From Candidatus Poribacteria bacterium (GTDB taxonomy: Bacteria > Poribacteria > WGA-4E > UBA9662), in NCBI GenBank assembly GCA_036339735.1, contig JAYZAL010000038.1:32001-96000 (forward strand): a DNA stretch of 64,000 bases, given 5' to 3'. Within the stretch, counting starts at the first letter, position 1, and each line of letters begins with the position of its first letter. The notes under the pieces were generated by a model, which ran no database searches, was not told the origin of the DNA, and saw only the letters and a list, made by a program, of their open reading frames with translations. This document shows positions 40,407 through 50,994 of this stretch, in pieces. The translations under genes and the position numbers were made by a program.

Positions 40407-41846
40407 ATGGCTGTCAAAAAAAAATATTTTCGCTATCGGAATCTTGACGAACTTCGTCGAGAAATTGCAGATTTGGGGCTAGATATTCGCTTGGCTGATC
40501 AGGTAGATCAGTTACTTCAGCCGGTTCGAGTTGGTCATAAAACTGTTGGTAACGCTTTCGGTATTCATCCGATGGAAGGCTGCGACGCCACCTTAGATGG
40601 AAAACCTAGCGAATTAACCATTCGTCGCTGGTTGCGTTTCGGTTCTGGTGGTGCCAAGCTGATTTGGGGAGAGGCAACGTCAATCTTACCAGAAGCCAAA
40701 GCTAATAGTCGTCAATTAGAGATAAATACCCATACTGCTGATGCAATTGGGAAAATGCTGACAATGACCCGGGATAGTCACCGTGAAATTTTCGGAGCTA
40801 ACGAAGAAATCTTCGCTGGTTTGCAATTGACTCATTCTGGCCGGTACAGCTACAAACGGCCTTTGATCGCGTTTCGACATCCGGTAGTAGATAAAGTAAC
40901 CTTGATTGATAAAAAGAGAAAGGTTCCGATTCCTGAAGACTATCCAGTATTATCAGATGATGAATTAGAGAAACTTGAAGACTGTTACGTAGAAGCAGCT
41001 AAATTAGCTCATCAAATTGGTTTTGATTTTATTGATCTTAAGCAATGTCACACATACCTTCTGAATGAGCTTTTGGCGGCTAAGACTCGGACAGGTAGAT
41101 ATGGTGGTAGTTTTGAAAACCGAACTCGCTTCATCCGTAATATTATTGGCAAAATTCAGTCTGAGATTGGGCCAGAATTAATCTTGTCTAGTCGACTTAA
41201 CGTCTATGATGGTGTGGCGTACATGCCCAACCAAGATACCAATATTGGTATACCAAGAGAAGCTATGGCACCTTATCCTTACGGGTTTGGTGTAGACGAA
41301 GAAAATCCGCCATCCCCTGATCTTGAAGAACCAATCAAACTCATTAGCTTGATGAAAGAATGGGGGGTTAGCTTGGTCAATGTATCGATGGGTAGTCCTT
41401 ATTACAATCCACATATTGGTCGTCCTTTTGAACGACCTCCCGTAGACGGCTACGAGACGCCTGAGCATCCATTAGTTGGTGTTGATCGCCATTTCCAGTT
41501 GACTGCTCAAATACAGCAGTCCTGCCCGGATTTACCAATCGTTGGTACTGGATATAGTTGGTTACAAAACTACGTTGCCAATGCAGGTGAAGCGAATGCT
41601 CAAGATGGAAAAGTAACTTTCGTAGCGGTAGGTCGTGGTTCAATGGCCTATCCTGACTATGTAAAAGATCTAATGGAGTCAGGACAAATGGCCAAGAAAA
41701 AATCTTGCGTCGCCATTAGTTACTGTACAGCCTTAATGCGAGCTAAAGAGCATCCACTACACCAGTTCCCTTCCGGTTGTGTTCCTCGAGACCGATTCTA
41801 TACCCAAATCTACAAAGATGCTATGAAGACACTCACTAAATCTTAG
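40407..41846 (+). CDS. NADH:flavin oxidoreductase (old yellow enzyme family)
   Basis: PMEGCD, QLTHSGR, GFDFIDLKQCH.YLL and YGGSFENRTRF motifs. Confidence 0.88.
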   Translation: MAVKKKYFRYRNLDELRREIADLGLDIRLADQVDQLLQPVRVGHKTVGNAFGIHPMEGCDATLDGKPSELTIRRWLRFGSGGAKLIWGEATSILPEAKANSRQLEINTHTADAIGKMLTMTRDSHREIFGANEEIFAGLQLTHSGRYSYKRPLIAFRHPVVDKVTLIDKKRKVPIPEDYPVLSDDELEKLEDCYVEAAKLAHQIGFDFIDLKQCHTYLLNELLAAKTRTGRYGGSFENRTRFIRNIIGKIQSEIGPELILSSRLNVYDGVAYMPNQDTNIGIPREAMAPYPYGFGVDEENPPSPDLEEPIKLISLMKEWGVSLVNVSMGSPYYNPHIGRPFERPPVDGYETPEHPLVGVDRHFQLTAQIQQSCPDLPIVGTGYSWLQNYVANAGEANAQDGKVTFVAVGRGSMAYPDYVKDLMESGQMAKKKSCVAISYCTALMRAKEHPLHQFPSGCVPRDRFYTQIYKDAMKTLTKS

Positions 41847-42035
41847 TCTGGACAGATTTTTTCGAGTGTGCAAATTTAAATATTATATGCGCCCGTAGAT
41901 GTTACAACTAGTAGTGATTCAAGTTTTTGGGCTGACGTTGAGCCAGTTGCTGTATTTTGATCATTGTTGTGATCTGCTCGGATTCGAAACACTTGATTTT
42001 AAATTTTGACTAACTTGGATCGATTGGAGCCTTGC

Positions 42036-43727
42036 CTATCCTTCTAGTCTGTTTAACACAATTCTTCGCAGGTCCATTACCTGAGAACCGGTCACTTCGA
42101 GAGCTCGAAGCGTCAGCCTTCCGTGGCCAGCTGGGAGTTCAATTTTTCCCAAGCTTAATGGCTTAAAATCTTTGACGTAAGATTCACCACGACGTGGATA
42201 ACGATCGTTTTTTTCACCTATCAAAGGCGGATCATGAGCTATCATCACTTGGCCTTTTAGGCTTTGTTTTTCAAAAGTTATTTCTATAGTAGATCCAACA
42301 TCAACCTCTGAGCATGTGTAATATAGTATGGCTTCATAACTCCCACTGGTACCAACCTGAATATCCCAAGTCATTGCATCATCGATAGACACCCAATTAG
42401 AGAAATATGAGCAATTAGGAGCATTGGCACTTCGCTGAATATTTCCATGTGGTATACCATCTCGTGCAGGAAGCGATGTTGATTGCCAATAACCAACTGT
42501 AAACGGTCGACTATCTTTGATCGGTAAAAGTTCTGCTCGCCAGTCTGCCACCGCCTGATTCAATTCGGATTTAACTTCCGGAAATACATTTGAAACATCA
42601 TTGATTTGGCTAGGGTCATCGGTCATATCATATAATTGACCATTTTGTGCTAGACGAAATCGTTGATTTCGTACACTGATCTGTTCTCGATGGTGTGTGA
42701 AAATTAGCCGTTCTGGCCAATCTGTATCTTGGCCATAAAGCAGTGGTTTCAAACTTCGACCATCTAAGGGTTTATGACCAATCAGATTAATGCTAGTTAA
42801 ATCTGTGAGTGTCGGCAACAAATCAATTCCACTAGATATTTGTTGAATCTGCGTCCCTGCAGGAATTTCACTTGGCCAACGCATTAAACCTGGGACTCTT
42901 ACTCCCCCTTCATCAGTTGATCCTTTAACCCCTTTCATTTGTCCGTTCCATCTGGCACCATTGGGACCGTTATCCCCAAAGTAAAAAATGATAGTGTCAT
43001 CGGTAATACCAAGTCTATCGAGTTGTTCAAGTAATCGTCCTACGTTCCAATCAATATTTTCACAAAGTGCTAGTGCAGCCCTCGTTCTATCAACATTTTC
43101 TTGAGAGGGGTCAGTAGCCATCATACCAATCGTCCGATTTTTGAATTTTTCATAGAATTGATCAGGAACTTGAAACGGAGTATGAGGAATATTGAAGGCG
43201 AGATAACAAAAAAAAGGCTGCGTTGTTTGGCTATAGGTGTTAAAAAAATCGATTGCTCGATTGGTAATTTCGTCCGGTAGGTAGCCTTGCCCGGTAGTAA
43301 ATTGACCGTTGTGTTCAACTTCTGCATCAAAATATTCACCCCAGTGGCCAGAGCAAAACCCAAAGAATTCATCAAACCCACGAGCATTTGGGTGATAAGG
43401 GTGCTGTGTACCATTATGCCATTTACCAAAAGCAGCAGTTGCATAACCGGATGACTTGAAGGTATCAGCAATCGTAACTTCATCAAGGTTAAGCCTTTCT
43501 GCTCCCGTACTTACTCCGTGTACACCCGTCCTTAGATGATACCGACCTGTCAAAAATTCGGCTCTGGTAGGTGCACAAACTGGACAAACATAAAACCGAT
43601 CAAATATAGCCCCATCCCTAGCTAGCGAATCAACGTTTGGTGTTTTCAAATTGGTGTTACCATGAACACTTAAATCTCCCCATCCTTGATCGTCAGTTAG
43701 GATAACAAGTACGTTTGGTCGTTTCAT
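42036..43727 (-). CDS. Arylsulfatase with an extra C-terminal beta-sandwich domain
   Basis: PNVLVILTDDQGWGD, CAPTRAEFLTGR (CxPxR) and GKWH motifs. Confidence 0.92.
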   Translation of the reverse strand: MKRPNVLVILTDDQGWGDLSVHGNTNLKTPNVDSLARDGAIFDRFYVCPVCAPTRAEFLTGRYHLRTGVHGVSTGAERLNLDEVTIADTFKSSGYATAAFGKWHNGTQHPYHPNARGFDEFFGFCSGHWGEYFDAEVEHNGQFTTGQGYLPDEITNRAIDFFNTYSQTTQPFFCYLAFNIPHTPFQVPDQFYEKFKNRTIGMMATDPSQENVDRTRAALALCENIDWNVGRLLEQLDRLGITDDTIIFYFGDNGPNGARWNGQMKGVKGSTDEGGVRVPGLMRWPSEIPAGTQIQQISSGIDLLPTLTDLTSINLIGHKPLDGRSLKPLLYGQDTDWPERLIFTHHREQISVRNQRFRLAQNGQLYDMTDDPSQINDVSNVFPEVKSELNQAVADWRAELLPIKDSRPFTVGYWQSTSLPARDGIPHGNIQRSANAPNCSYFSNWVSIDDAMTWDIQVGTSGSYEAILYYTCSEVDVGSTIEITFEKQSLKGQVMIAHDPPLIGEKNDRYPRRGESYVKDFKPLSLGKIELPAGHGRLTLRALEVTGSQVMDLRRIVLNRLEG

Positions 43728-43888
43728 TTATTGTCTCCATGGAATATAACAGCAGCCGTAGGCTAACGGATCTTTGGTCTTGCAATCTACCGATAATACG
43801 GTATCATAGCTAACATTCTCCAGTATGCAATCAATCTATCCGACTCTATAAAAAAATGCAAGTTAATAAATAGTTGAGGGAAATAAAT

Positions 43889-44965
43889 ATGCGTATGTAT
43901 TCACCCATCAAAACACCGATCCGCATCGGCTTGATCGGTTGTGGTGGTATTGTACAGCAAGCTCATCTACCAGCGCTCAGAATACTTTCGGATATGGCAT
44001 TAGTTCACGTTACAGCACTGGCCGATCCTATGATTTCTAACTTGAATGCTATTGACAATCAGATTAGTGTCCCACAGAAACATCATTATACCGATTACCG
44101 ACAGATGCTAGATAGAAGCGATTTAGATTTGGTTATCATTGCTACACCCCACCATCTTCATGCCCAACAATCAATCGAGGCCTTATCAGCTCAAGTTTCA
44201 GTAATATGTGAAAAACCAATGGCAACCAATTTAGACGATGCTGATCAAATTTTGAGTATAGCAGACAAAAACGGACTTCCTTACACCGTCGTACACAATT
44301 TTCTATTTTCGTCCGTCTCTCGTCGGGCAATGCGATTACTGGAAGAAGATTTTGAAGACCGGGTATTTGGCCGATCTAAGTCTTTATTTGCTAAGCCAGC
44401 TAGTGCAACGGATACGGCCTTCTGGAGAAATCAATACTCAGCAGGTGGGGGGGCCCTTGCCGATACCTGTTACCACGAAATTTACTTGTTGGAAAATATG
44501 ATAGGTAGCCCCGTTCGCTACGTGGAAGGACGTGTTAAAACTGCTTTTTTCAATTTCGATGTTGATGATATTGCACTCCTACTGTTGGAACATGAAAATG
44601 GTGCCGTTTCTACGGTGATGACTTCTTGGGGGGCATCTAGCGGGCAAGGGGACGCAACCAATATGTGCGAGGTTCACACGCAAGGAGATGGATTAAGAAT
44701 CGTTTCTCGTGGCCAATCACTACACCGTTTTTGCCGTTCTGATCATCAATGGAAAGAAGTTCAAGTTCCTGACTTACCGTATCTGACCAAATCATCAAGA
44801 TCGTTTGAAGGGCATACTGGTTACTTTGTAGAGACCATTCAGGCACTGGTCAACGGGAACGGTTTGCCAATTACTGGACAAAAAGCCCGACAAAATCTGG
44901 CTATTATAGAAGGAGTTAGGAAAGCTAGTAGTGAGAGAAAATGTGTTGATCTCCAGAGAGTGTGA
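43889..44965 (+). CDS. Gfo/Idh/MocA-family oxidoreductase
   Basis: IGLIGCGGI, ATPHHLH, CEKPMA and GGGALAD..YH motifs. Confidence 0.9.
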   Translation: MRMYSPIKTPIRIGLIGCGGIVQQAHLPALRILSDMALVHVTALADPMISNLNAIDNQISVPQKHHYTDYRQMLDRSDLDLVIIATPHHLHAQQSIEALSAQVSVICEKPMATNLDDADQILSIADKNGLPYTVVHNFLFSSVSRRAMRLLEEDFEDRVFGRSKSLFAKPASATDTAFWRNQYSAGGGALADTCYHEIYLLENMIGSPVRYVEGRVKTAFFNFDVDDIALLLLEHENGAVSTVMTSWGASSGQGDATNMCEVHTQGDGLRIVSRGQSLHRFCRSDHQWKEVQVPDLPYLTKSSRSFEGHTGYFVETIQALVNGNGLPITGQKARQNLAIIEGVRKASSERKCVDLQRV

Positions 44966-45006
44966 TGTTATCGAAAGTCTAAAAAAATAATGAAGGAATA
45001 ATTATT

Positions 45007-45594
45007 GTGGTACGAACAGCGGACATCGAAAGAAATACTAACGAAACAAAGATAAGGCTCAACCTTAGCTTGGACGGAACTGGTCGTTCATCTATACAGA
45101 CTGGAGTCGGTTTCCTAGATCATATGCTAGAATCACTAGCGAAACACGGTTTTTTTGACTTGGATATTACTGCTGAGGGTGATCTACATATTGACGACCA
45201 CCATACGGTTGAGGATGTTGGAATCTGTTTGGGCTTGGCATTTCAGAAAGCTACTGGAGACAAGTCAGGTATACGAAGATTTGGTAGTTTCAATGTCCCG
45301 ATGTATGAATCTTTAGCTCAGGTTGATCTCGATCTGTGCGGCCGATCGTATCTACACTACCAAACTCCGTTACTAGGTGGTAAAGTGGGTACATTTGACG
45401 TGGAATTGGCAGAGGAATTTTTTCATGGCTTTGCTAACTCAAGTGGTACAACCTTACATATAAATGTGCCTTATGGGAAAAACCAGCATCATATTATCGA
45501 AGGTATATTTAAAGCTTTTGCTAAAAGTCTAGATCTTGCAACCTCGATTGATCAGCGGCTGAATGGTGTTCTTTCAACAAAGGGGAGTTTGTAA
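45007..45594 (+). CDS. hisB: Imidazoleglycerol-phosphate dehydratase
   Basis: R.TNET.I, GFLDHML, DDHHTVEDVGI, NQHHIIE..FKA and STKGSL motifs. Confidence 0.96.
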   Translation: MVRTADIERNTNETKIRLNLSLDGTGRSSIQTGVGFLDHMLESLAKHGFFDLDITAEGDLHIDDHHTVEDVGICLGLAFQKATGDKSGIRRFGSFNVPMYESLAQVDLDLCGRSYLHYQTPLLGGKVGTFDVELAEEFFHGFANSSGTTLHINVPYGKNQHHIIEGIFKAFAKSLDLATSIDQRLNGVLSTKGSL

Positions 45595-45611
45595 ATTTCA
45601 GGTCTAATTTT

Positions 45612-46361
45612 GTGTCCACAGAACAGAGAAAACAGGTAATAACAGTATCCGACCGATTAATTTCGATTGCTCACTTTTGTCCCAGAGGGTCTAAGGTCGT
45701 CGATGTTGGTTCTGGACATGGAAAGCTTGCCCTATACCTACGTCAAACTAAAATTGCCGATTATGTAATTGCAGTGGAACTTAACCAGGATCCACTCAAT
45801 CGTATTGAGCAACTAATTAATTCTAGAAATCCCCAACAAATTAATATAGATGTTCGTTCAGGAGATGGACTACAACCTGTTCAAGCTGATGAGATGGAAA
45901 TCGTTTGCTTGGCCGGCTTAAGTTCTTCTACTATTGTTAAAATTCTAGAAGCAGCTAAAAACAAGTTAAACCAAACTAAGCGACTCATATTACAACCAAT
46001 AGCAAAGCCTGAAGAATTACGATATTGGCTGATAACCAATGGATGGGAATTAATTGATGAGCAGATAGTTGCAGGCCAATCGCTTCGCTTGTCTAAAATT
46101 CATACCATTTTGGTTGCTGAGCCCGGAAAGTCTTTGTGTGTGTATAAGGAGGCCAACCTAGAACATGATGACCTAGTTTATGTCGGCCCAATTTTGTGGA
46201 AACGCCGCGAACCTCTTCTACATTACAAATTGCGACAAGAACAACAACACTGGAAAGAAGCCTTAGAGACCATTCTGAAAGCTGACCTGAATCATCCTAC
46301 AAGACGAGACCAAATCATTAGCCGAATCGAATGGCTGGAATTCCTAATTAACAAGTGGTAG
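45612..46361 (+). CDS. trmK: tRNA (adenine22-N1)-methyltransferase TrmK-like
   Basis: SDRL..IA, DVGSGHG.L, VRSGDGL, LAGL, LILQP and LR.WL..NGW...DE motifs. Confidence 0.8.
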   Translation: MSTEQRKQVITVSDRLISIAHFCPRGSKVVDVGSGHGKLALYLRQTKIADYVIAVELNQDPLNRIEQLINSRNPQQINIDVRSGDGLQPVQADEMEIVCLAGLSSSTIVKILEAAKNKLNQTKRLILQPIAKPEELRYWLITNGWELIDEQIVAGQSLRLSKIHTILVAEPGKSLCVYKEANLEHDDLVYVGPILWKRREPLLHYKLRQEQQHWKEALETILKADLNHPTRRDQIISRIEWLEFLINKW

Positions 46362-46708
46362 GTCATCAAATGAAACTAGTAGATTGTACAGAAAGAGAAA
46401 ATTGAAGATTCATATTGCTCTTGGCATCATGATACAAAATGCAGAAATTTATTAAAAATACATCGATTAAGTATCGACTGCCATCGCTAAATAATATAGT
46501 AGCCGGCAATTAATCGGAACTGGTAGTATTTTTTCAATGTGAGTGAGTGGTTAAACCCAAGACTAGTACTTTTTAAAATAGAGTTTCTTAAACAAGAAAG
46601 ATCAAAAAGATTGAAAGAATTGGAGGCATGTAAGGCCGTCAGAAAAATCAGTGTAGCGCTGGAGTCATATTTTTTCGGACGTTTTGGCCGACGACACATC
46701 GAATAACT

Positions 46709-47431
46709 ATGTTGAATATCGCAGAATTGAAATCATTCGAATTGAACGGATATCATGTTATTGATAATTTACTGAGTAGGAATCTTTTGGAGCAAACACG
46801 TGAAACTTTCGATCGGCTAGAAAGCTACCGTAACCTGCTCGATTTAGATGGTTTTTTTTTGCAGATAGCAAACCATCCAGACTTATATTCGGCCATTGCT
46901 TCTATTCTCAATTCTCCTCCCCAATTACTCCAATTTGATGGCATTAACCGACAACAGGGACAGGGAGATCAAACGTGGCATGCAGATTTCTTTTTTCATT
47001 GTGACCGCCCATTAATGCTCAACGTCGGGATTTATTTAGATGATTTAGAGCTAAATAACGGACCATTGTATGTAGTTCCTGAATCACACCATTTTGGCAA
47101 AACTCCTCCATCAAACAGCGATCACTTGCCTAACCAATTAAGCCTTACCGTTTCAGCTGGCAGTGCAGTAATTTTCGATTGTGCTTTATGGCATAGAGGT
47201 GGAGGTAATGTTTCTGATCAACCACGACGTGCTATTTTTCCCACTTACGGTCATTATTGGATGAAGCGATTTGAGTCTTGGATGCCAGAACCAACTTCTA
47301 TGCGTTTTCCTAATGCTGATACAGCAGAATTGAGAACCTTACTCGGCATCAGCTTGGAGGAACCAAGTGCTTACTCTGGTTATGACGAAAAATTAATGGT
47401 TAGAAAAGACTCAGACGGTAACTGGATTTAG
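46709..47431 (+). CDS. PhyH-family Fe(II)/2OG dioxygenase (HAD)
   Basis: WHAD, NGPLYVVPESH and LWHRGGGN...RR motifs. Confidence 0.85.
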   Translation: MLNIAELKSFELNGYHVIDNLLSRNLLEQTRETFDRLESYRNLLDLDGFFLQIANHPDLYSAIASILNSPPQLLQFDGINRQQGQGDQTWHADFFFHCDRPLMLNVGIYLDDLELNNGPLYVVPESHHFGKTPPSNSDHLPNQLSLTVSAGSAVIFDCALWHRGGGNVSDQPRRAIFPTYGHYWMKRFESWMPEPTSMRFPNADTAELRTLLGISLEEPSAYSGYDEKLMVRKDSDGNWI

Positions 47432-47502
47432 TAGATAAATAGTCAAATTCCATTTACATTTACTTACGATGGAGTGCGATATGTCTTCAGAAAGTATCTG
47501 TA

Positions 47503-48912
47503 CTATCTTAGGTGTGGTAAACAATTTGGTGTTGCTTGTCCCAAGACTCGTAATTTTTGGCCATTTGTAAACCCTTCAGGTCTATTGTGAAGTTGGTTGG
47601 CTAGAATGGTTCGCCAGCGCTTTATTTCATTTTGATGGCACGATTCAGTGGCTAAATTTATCGTTTCATTGGGATCATTAATTAGATCAAAATAATGTTC
47701 CTCACCGGTTCCAGGATACCAGATATATTTGGTTTGCCCATCGGTTAAATATTGTTGACCGCTGTTGAGTGTCGGTACTTGGGCGCATTCACCGTGTACA
47801 TATTCTCGCCAATTAGCGCTTTGGTTTTGAATGATTGTAAGAAGGCTTATACCATCCACACTTTGGGGTATTTTTACACCTGCTAAATCTAAACAAGTCG
47901 GCATAATATCCATTAGCTCTACTGGATGATTTAAGACTTGCTCCTGTGGGAATTTAAAACTCTGAGGGAACTGCATAAAAAACGGTACACGGGCAGAAGA
48001 CTCGAAGGCATTCCTTTTTCGAATCCACTGATGATCGCCCAACATTTCTCCGTGATCGGAAACAAAAATAATCACGGTTTCTTTGGGTAGAATCTCCAAA
48101 ATCCGTCCAACTTGGTCATCAATATGGTTAATACAACCGTAATATCCAGCTTGCATCTGCTTTTGGACTGTGTCATCTAGGCACACACGCCAAGAATTGA
48201 CAGGTAAACCCTTTTGTGGCTGGTCGAAAATTTTGGCCCAACTACCAACTACTGGTTTGGGTAAGTTCATTTGTATATATCGATTAAAATAGACAGATGG
48301 TGGAGTCAGTGGTTGATGTGGTTGATGGAAACTGACTTTCAGAAAGAACGGTACTGTCGGGTCCCGACGTTCTAGGAAATTAATAGCACGATCGGCACAC
48401 CAATTAGTGAAGTGAAACCTTTCTTCTAAGTGAAATGGTCGGGCCGTGTACCCATTCTGACTGGTTCCATGAGCAAGACCGGACCTTGGCTGATTGAGAC
48501 CGTTTTGGATTAGAAATCTTTCATAATCATCAAAGACTGGATGTGGTCTCGGGCTATCAGCCCAATCAGATGAGCAAAAACCGTACAATTTACGTGGTGG
48601 GCTGAGGTGTAATTTCCCTACTAAATGAGTTTGATAACCAACTTTAGATAGTTCGCCAGGAAGTGTCGGTCCGGAGAGTGGAGCGTGATGATTCATGAAG
48701 ACCCCGTGTGAGCTAGCCTTTTGACCGGTCATTAACGTACGTCGAGCCGCTACGCAGACGGGACAGGCACTATACCCTCTTCGAAATCGAATGCCACGAC
48801 TAGCAATTTGATCCAAGTAGGGCGTTTGTAAGACAGAGTGTCCATCGACCCCCAAACAATCTCCCCTTTGCTGATCAGTGACTAACAATAAGATATTAGG
48901 TTTTTTCGTCAT
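47503..48912 (-). CDS. Sulfatase (CxAxR variant)
   Basis: PNILLLVTDQQRGD, CVAARRTLMTG, GKLH and SDHGEMLGDH motifs. Confidence 0.9.
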   Translation of the reverse strand: MTKKPNILLLVTDQQRGDCLGVDGHSVLQTPYLDQIASRGIRFRRGYSACPVCVAARRTLMTGQKASSHGVFMNHHAPLSGPTLPGELSKVGYQTHLVGKLHLSPPRKLYGFCSSDWADSPRPHPVFDDYERFLIQNGLNQPRSGLAHGTSQNGYTARPFHLEERFHFTNWCADRAINFLERRDPTVPFFLKVSFHQPHQPLTPPSVYFNRYIQMNLPKPVVGSWAKIFDQPQKGLPVNSWRVCLDDTVQKQMQAGYYGCINHIDDQVGRILEILPKETVIIFVSDHGEMLGDHQWIRKRNAFESSARVPFFMQFPQSFKFPQEQVLNHPVELMDIMPTCLDLAGVKIPQSVDGISLLTIIQNQSANWREYVHGECAQVPTLNSGQQYLTDGQTKYIWYPGTGEEHYFDLINDPNETINLATESCHQNEIKRWRTILANQLHNRPEGFTNGQKLRVLGQATPNCLPHLR

Positions 48913-48929
48913 CTTTTTTTATTGGATAG

Positions 48930-50990
48930 TTAGTCAATCGGCTGGATACGACAGCCATACCAACTCCAAGTTCTTCCTTTTGAATATACAATTTGGGTTA
49001 GTTGTTTTTCCGTGATTGTTATATTGTAGTTCTGTTCAATAATATCATCACTGGTTCTTCTTTGATTTTTTTGGGAAATTCCGTTGGCGATTACACCAAT
49101 CGATCGTCTATCAGTCTGAAAAAAGTTAGTCACGTTATATCTCCCATTCGGCAACGCTACTCTAAATACGCCATCTGTCTTGGCGGTCCCAGAAATCGAG
49201 TCAGCCAACAAGGGTGTTACAAACTGCCTATTACTAACAGTTGCAGTCAATTTACCTTCCGTGATCCAGCCATAACAATGTTCGTAGTTTTCATAACGGC
49301 TGATAGGAGAAATTTCAACCGAACCGTCTAGCGAAACCGATTGGTCTGGTTGAAAATCAAAGATCAATGGTCTATTGTCTGATTGATTATGCCACCACCA
49401 GTGGATATTAGGGATAGGTTCTTTTAGCTGATATAACGTATAGCGTGGAGCAACATGAAGACAATTGTAAGAGTTCCTAAGTACTACCCGTTCTAAATTA
49501 TCAATACCCTCTTTAGTCATTCTCCAAGCCAACACATAATCGGCTGGACGAGGATACGAGGTTTTTGGTCCAGAGTATGGGCGACTACTCATCTGATAAC
49601 GATAGTTAACCGGAAAATAATCGAATGCAGCTTCGTAGTTTCTCAGTAAAGCTACTTGGTTATTTAAGCAATAGTAGCTACCGACATGAATAAAAGGCTT
49701 AACATATTCAATCACCCCAAGCGATTCTGAAAATTTCTGGCCTGGTTTATCTAAGTAAAGTACAACTGTCTTGTTTTCTTCAATTAATCCAACACTTTTG
49801 GTCATTTCGGCAATTTCTCGGTCTAGAGCCAAATTATCATGAATAGTATAAGATAAATGCCATAAGGAAAGGCCTAATAAAATAACCATTACGATATTTT
49901 TTAAATAACGATGAAGAGTAACAGTTAGAAATGGTAATAACAACAGAACAAGATAAATATGGACACGGTCGTTAATCCAGCCACCACCAGATTGAATATT
50001 ATTAGGTGAAATATAGTAGATAATGGTGAATAGAATAAATATGACAAAAAATGAGTCAGTTAATTGTAGGCTGAACCTTGATTGCTCTAAAAAATGTTTG
50101 GCAATACTTTTTACTCTTTGCCATAAAGTAAGAAAAAATAAGAAAAATAGCAGCCCGAAGAGTAGCCTACCGATCCAAATGTGGTCCTCCCGAAAATATA
50201 CCAATGATTTCAAGTTAAAAAAGTATTCGTTTAGCCAAGCTAATTTCCGGTAATTCTTACCATATCCACTCGTTTTTGTTAGGTAGTAGGTCAGGGAAAC
50301 TACATAAAACGGTAATATGTAGCCGACAAATCGCAATAAAGTTAATAGACGTTCAAAAATGAGTGCTGACCATCTTTCCGGCCAGAGTAGAGATCGTAGA
50401 CCAGCCAAAACTGAAATAGAAATTACGAGTAGTAAAAAGGACTGAAAATGGCTGAAATACGTCAGCATCAACAGTATGTAAAAGATCAATAATCGTTTGA
50501 AAGTCAATTTAGAAAAATGTTTCCACCAATATCCAAGTGTAGAAAAAAAAATAGGTATACTGAGCGAAAAATTATAAAAACCCATCATTAGTAGATAGTG
50601 GTAGGAGTAAACTAAACCGACAAGCGCAAAAAGTATTTTTCGTTTGTCAATTGAGTGTAGGAAATAGAGTAGAGATAGTGGCAGACCAAGTACACACAGA
50701 CTCAAAATAATTTTCTCACAAATTAGTGGTGGAAAAACGTACATTAGTAAAGCCATCAGGAGGTGTCCACTCCAGTTTGGGAAAGGGCTCCAATTTAACT
50801 GGTAAACATCTCGAATACGAAAATTATGGTGGTGGTGATATGTTTTGAATACTTGTGCATTATAAATGTGGCTAGGACCATCCTGACTTGGAAAATATGT
50901 AACCATCCAGACAGGTAACAAATGAACCGCTAGTAGACTCACAGCAAATAGATATTTGATCGACTGACTTGGCTGTTGGTTCACACGCAT
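48930..50990 (-). CDS. Polytopic membrane protein, GT-C-like, with a C-terminal carbohydrate-binding-like domain
   Basis: Loop motif PSQDGPSH after the first transmembrane segment and many further TMs. C-terminal FDFQP...YGW...FRVALPNGRYNVT. Start ATG 50990 is preferred. Confidence 0.6.
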   Translation of the reverse strand: MRVNQQPSQSIKYLFAVSLLAVHLLPVWMVTYFPSQDGPSHIYNAQVFKTYHHHHNFRIRDVYQLNWSPFPNWSGHLLMALLMYVFPPLICEKIILSLCVLGLPLSLLYFLHSIDKRKILFALVGLVYSYHYLLMMGFYNFSLSIPIFFSTLGYWWKHFSKLTFKRLLIFYILLMLTYFSHFQSFLLLVISISVLAGLRSLLWPERWSALIFERLLTLLRFVGYILPFYVVSLTYYLTKTSGYGKNYRKLAWLNEYFFNLKSLVYFREDHIWIGRLLFGLLFFLFFLTLWQRVKSIAKHFLEQSRFSLQLTDSFFVIFILFTIIYYISPNNIQSGGGWINDRVHIYLVLLLLPFLTVTLHRYLKNIVMVILLGLSLWHLSYTIHDNLALDREIAEMTKSVGLIEENKTVVLYLDKPGQKFSESLGVIEYVKPFIHVGSYYCLNNQVALLRNYEAAFDYFPVNYRYQMSSRPYSGPKTSYPRPADYVLAWRMTKEGIDNLERVVLRNSYNCLHVAPRYTLYQLKEPIPNIHWWWHNQSDNRPLIFDFQPDQSVSLDGSVEISPISRYENYEHCYGWITEGKLTATVSNRQFVTPLLADSISGTAKTDGVFRVALPNGRYNVTNFFQTDRRSIGVIANGISQKNQRRTSDDIIEQNYNITITEKQLTQIVYSKGRTWSWYGCRIQPID

Positions 50991-50994
50991 TATG

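Noticed and set aside
41975-41995. GGATTCGAA resembling a tRNA T-loop complement
   Set aside because: No cloverleaf or acceptor stem in the flanking sequence.
46370-46706. Possible decayed nif3-like gene or small ORF after trmK
   Set aside because: Translations show no recognisable Nif3 motifs.
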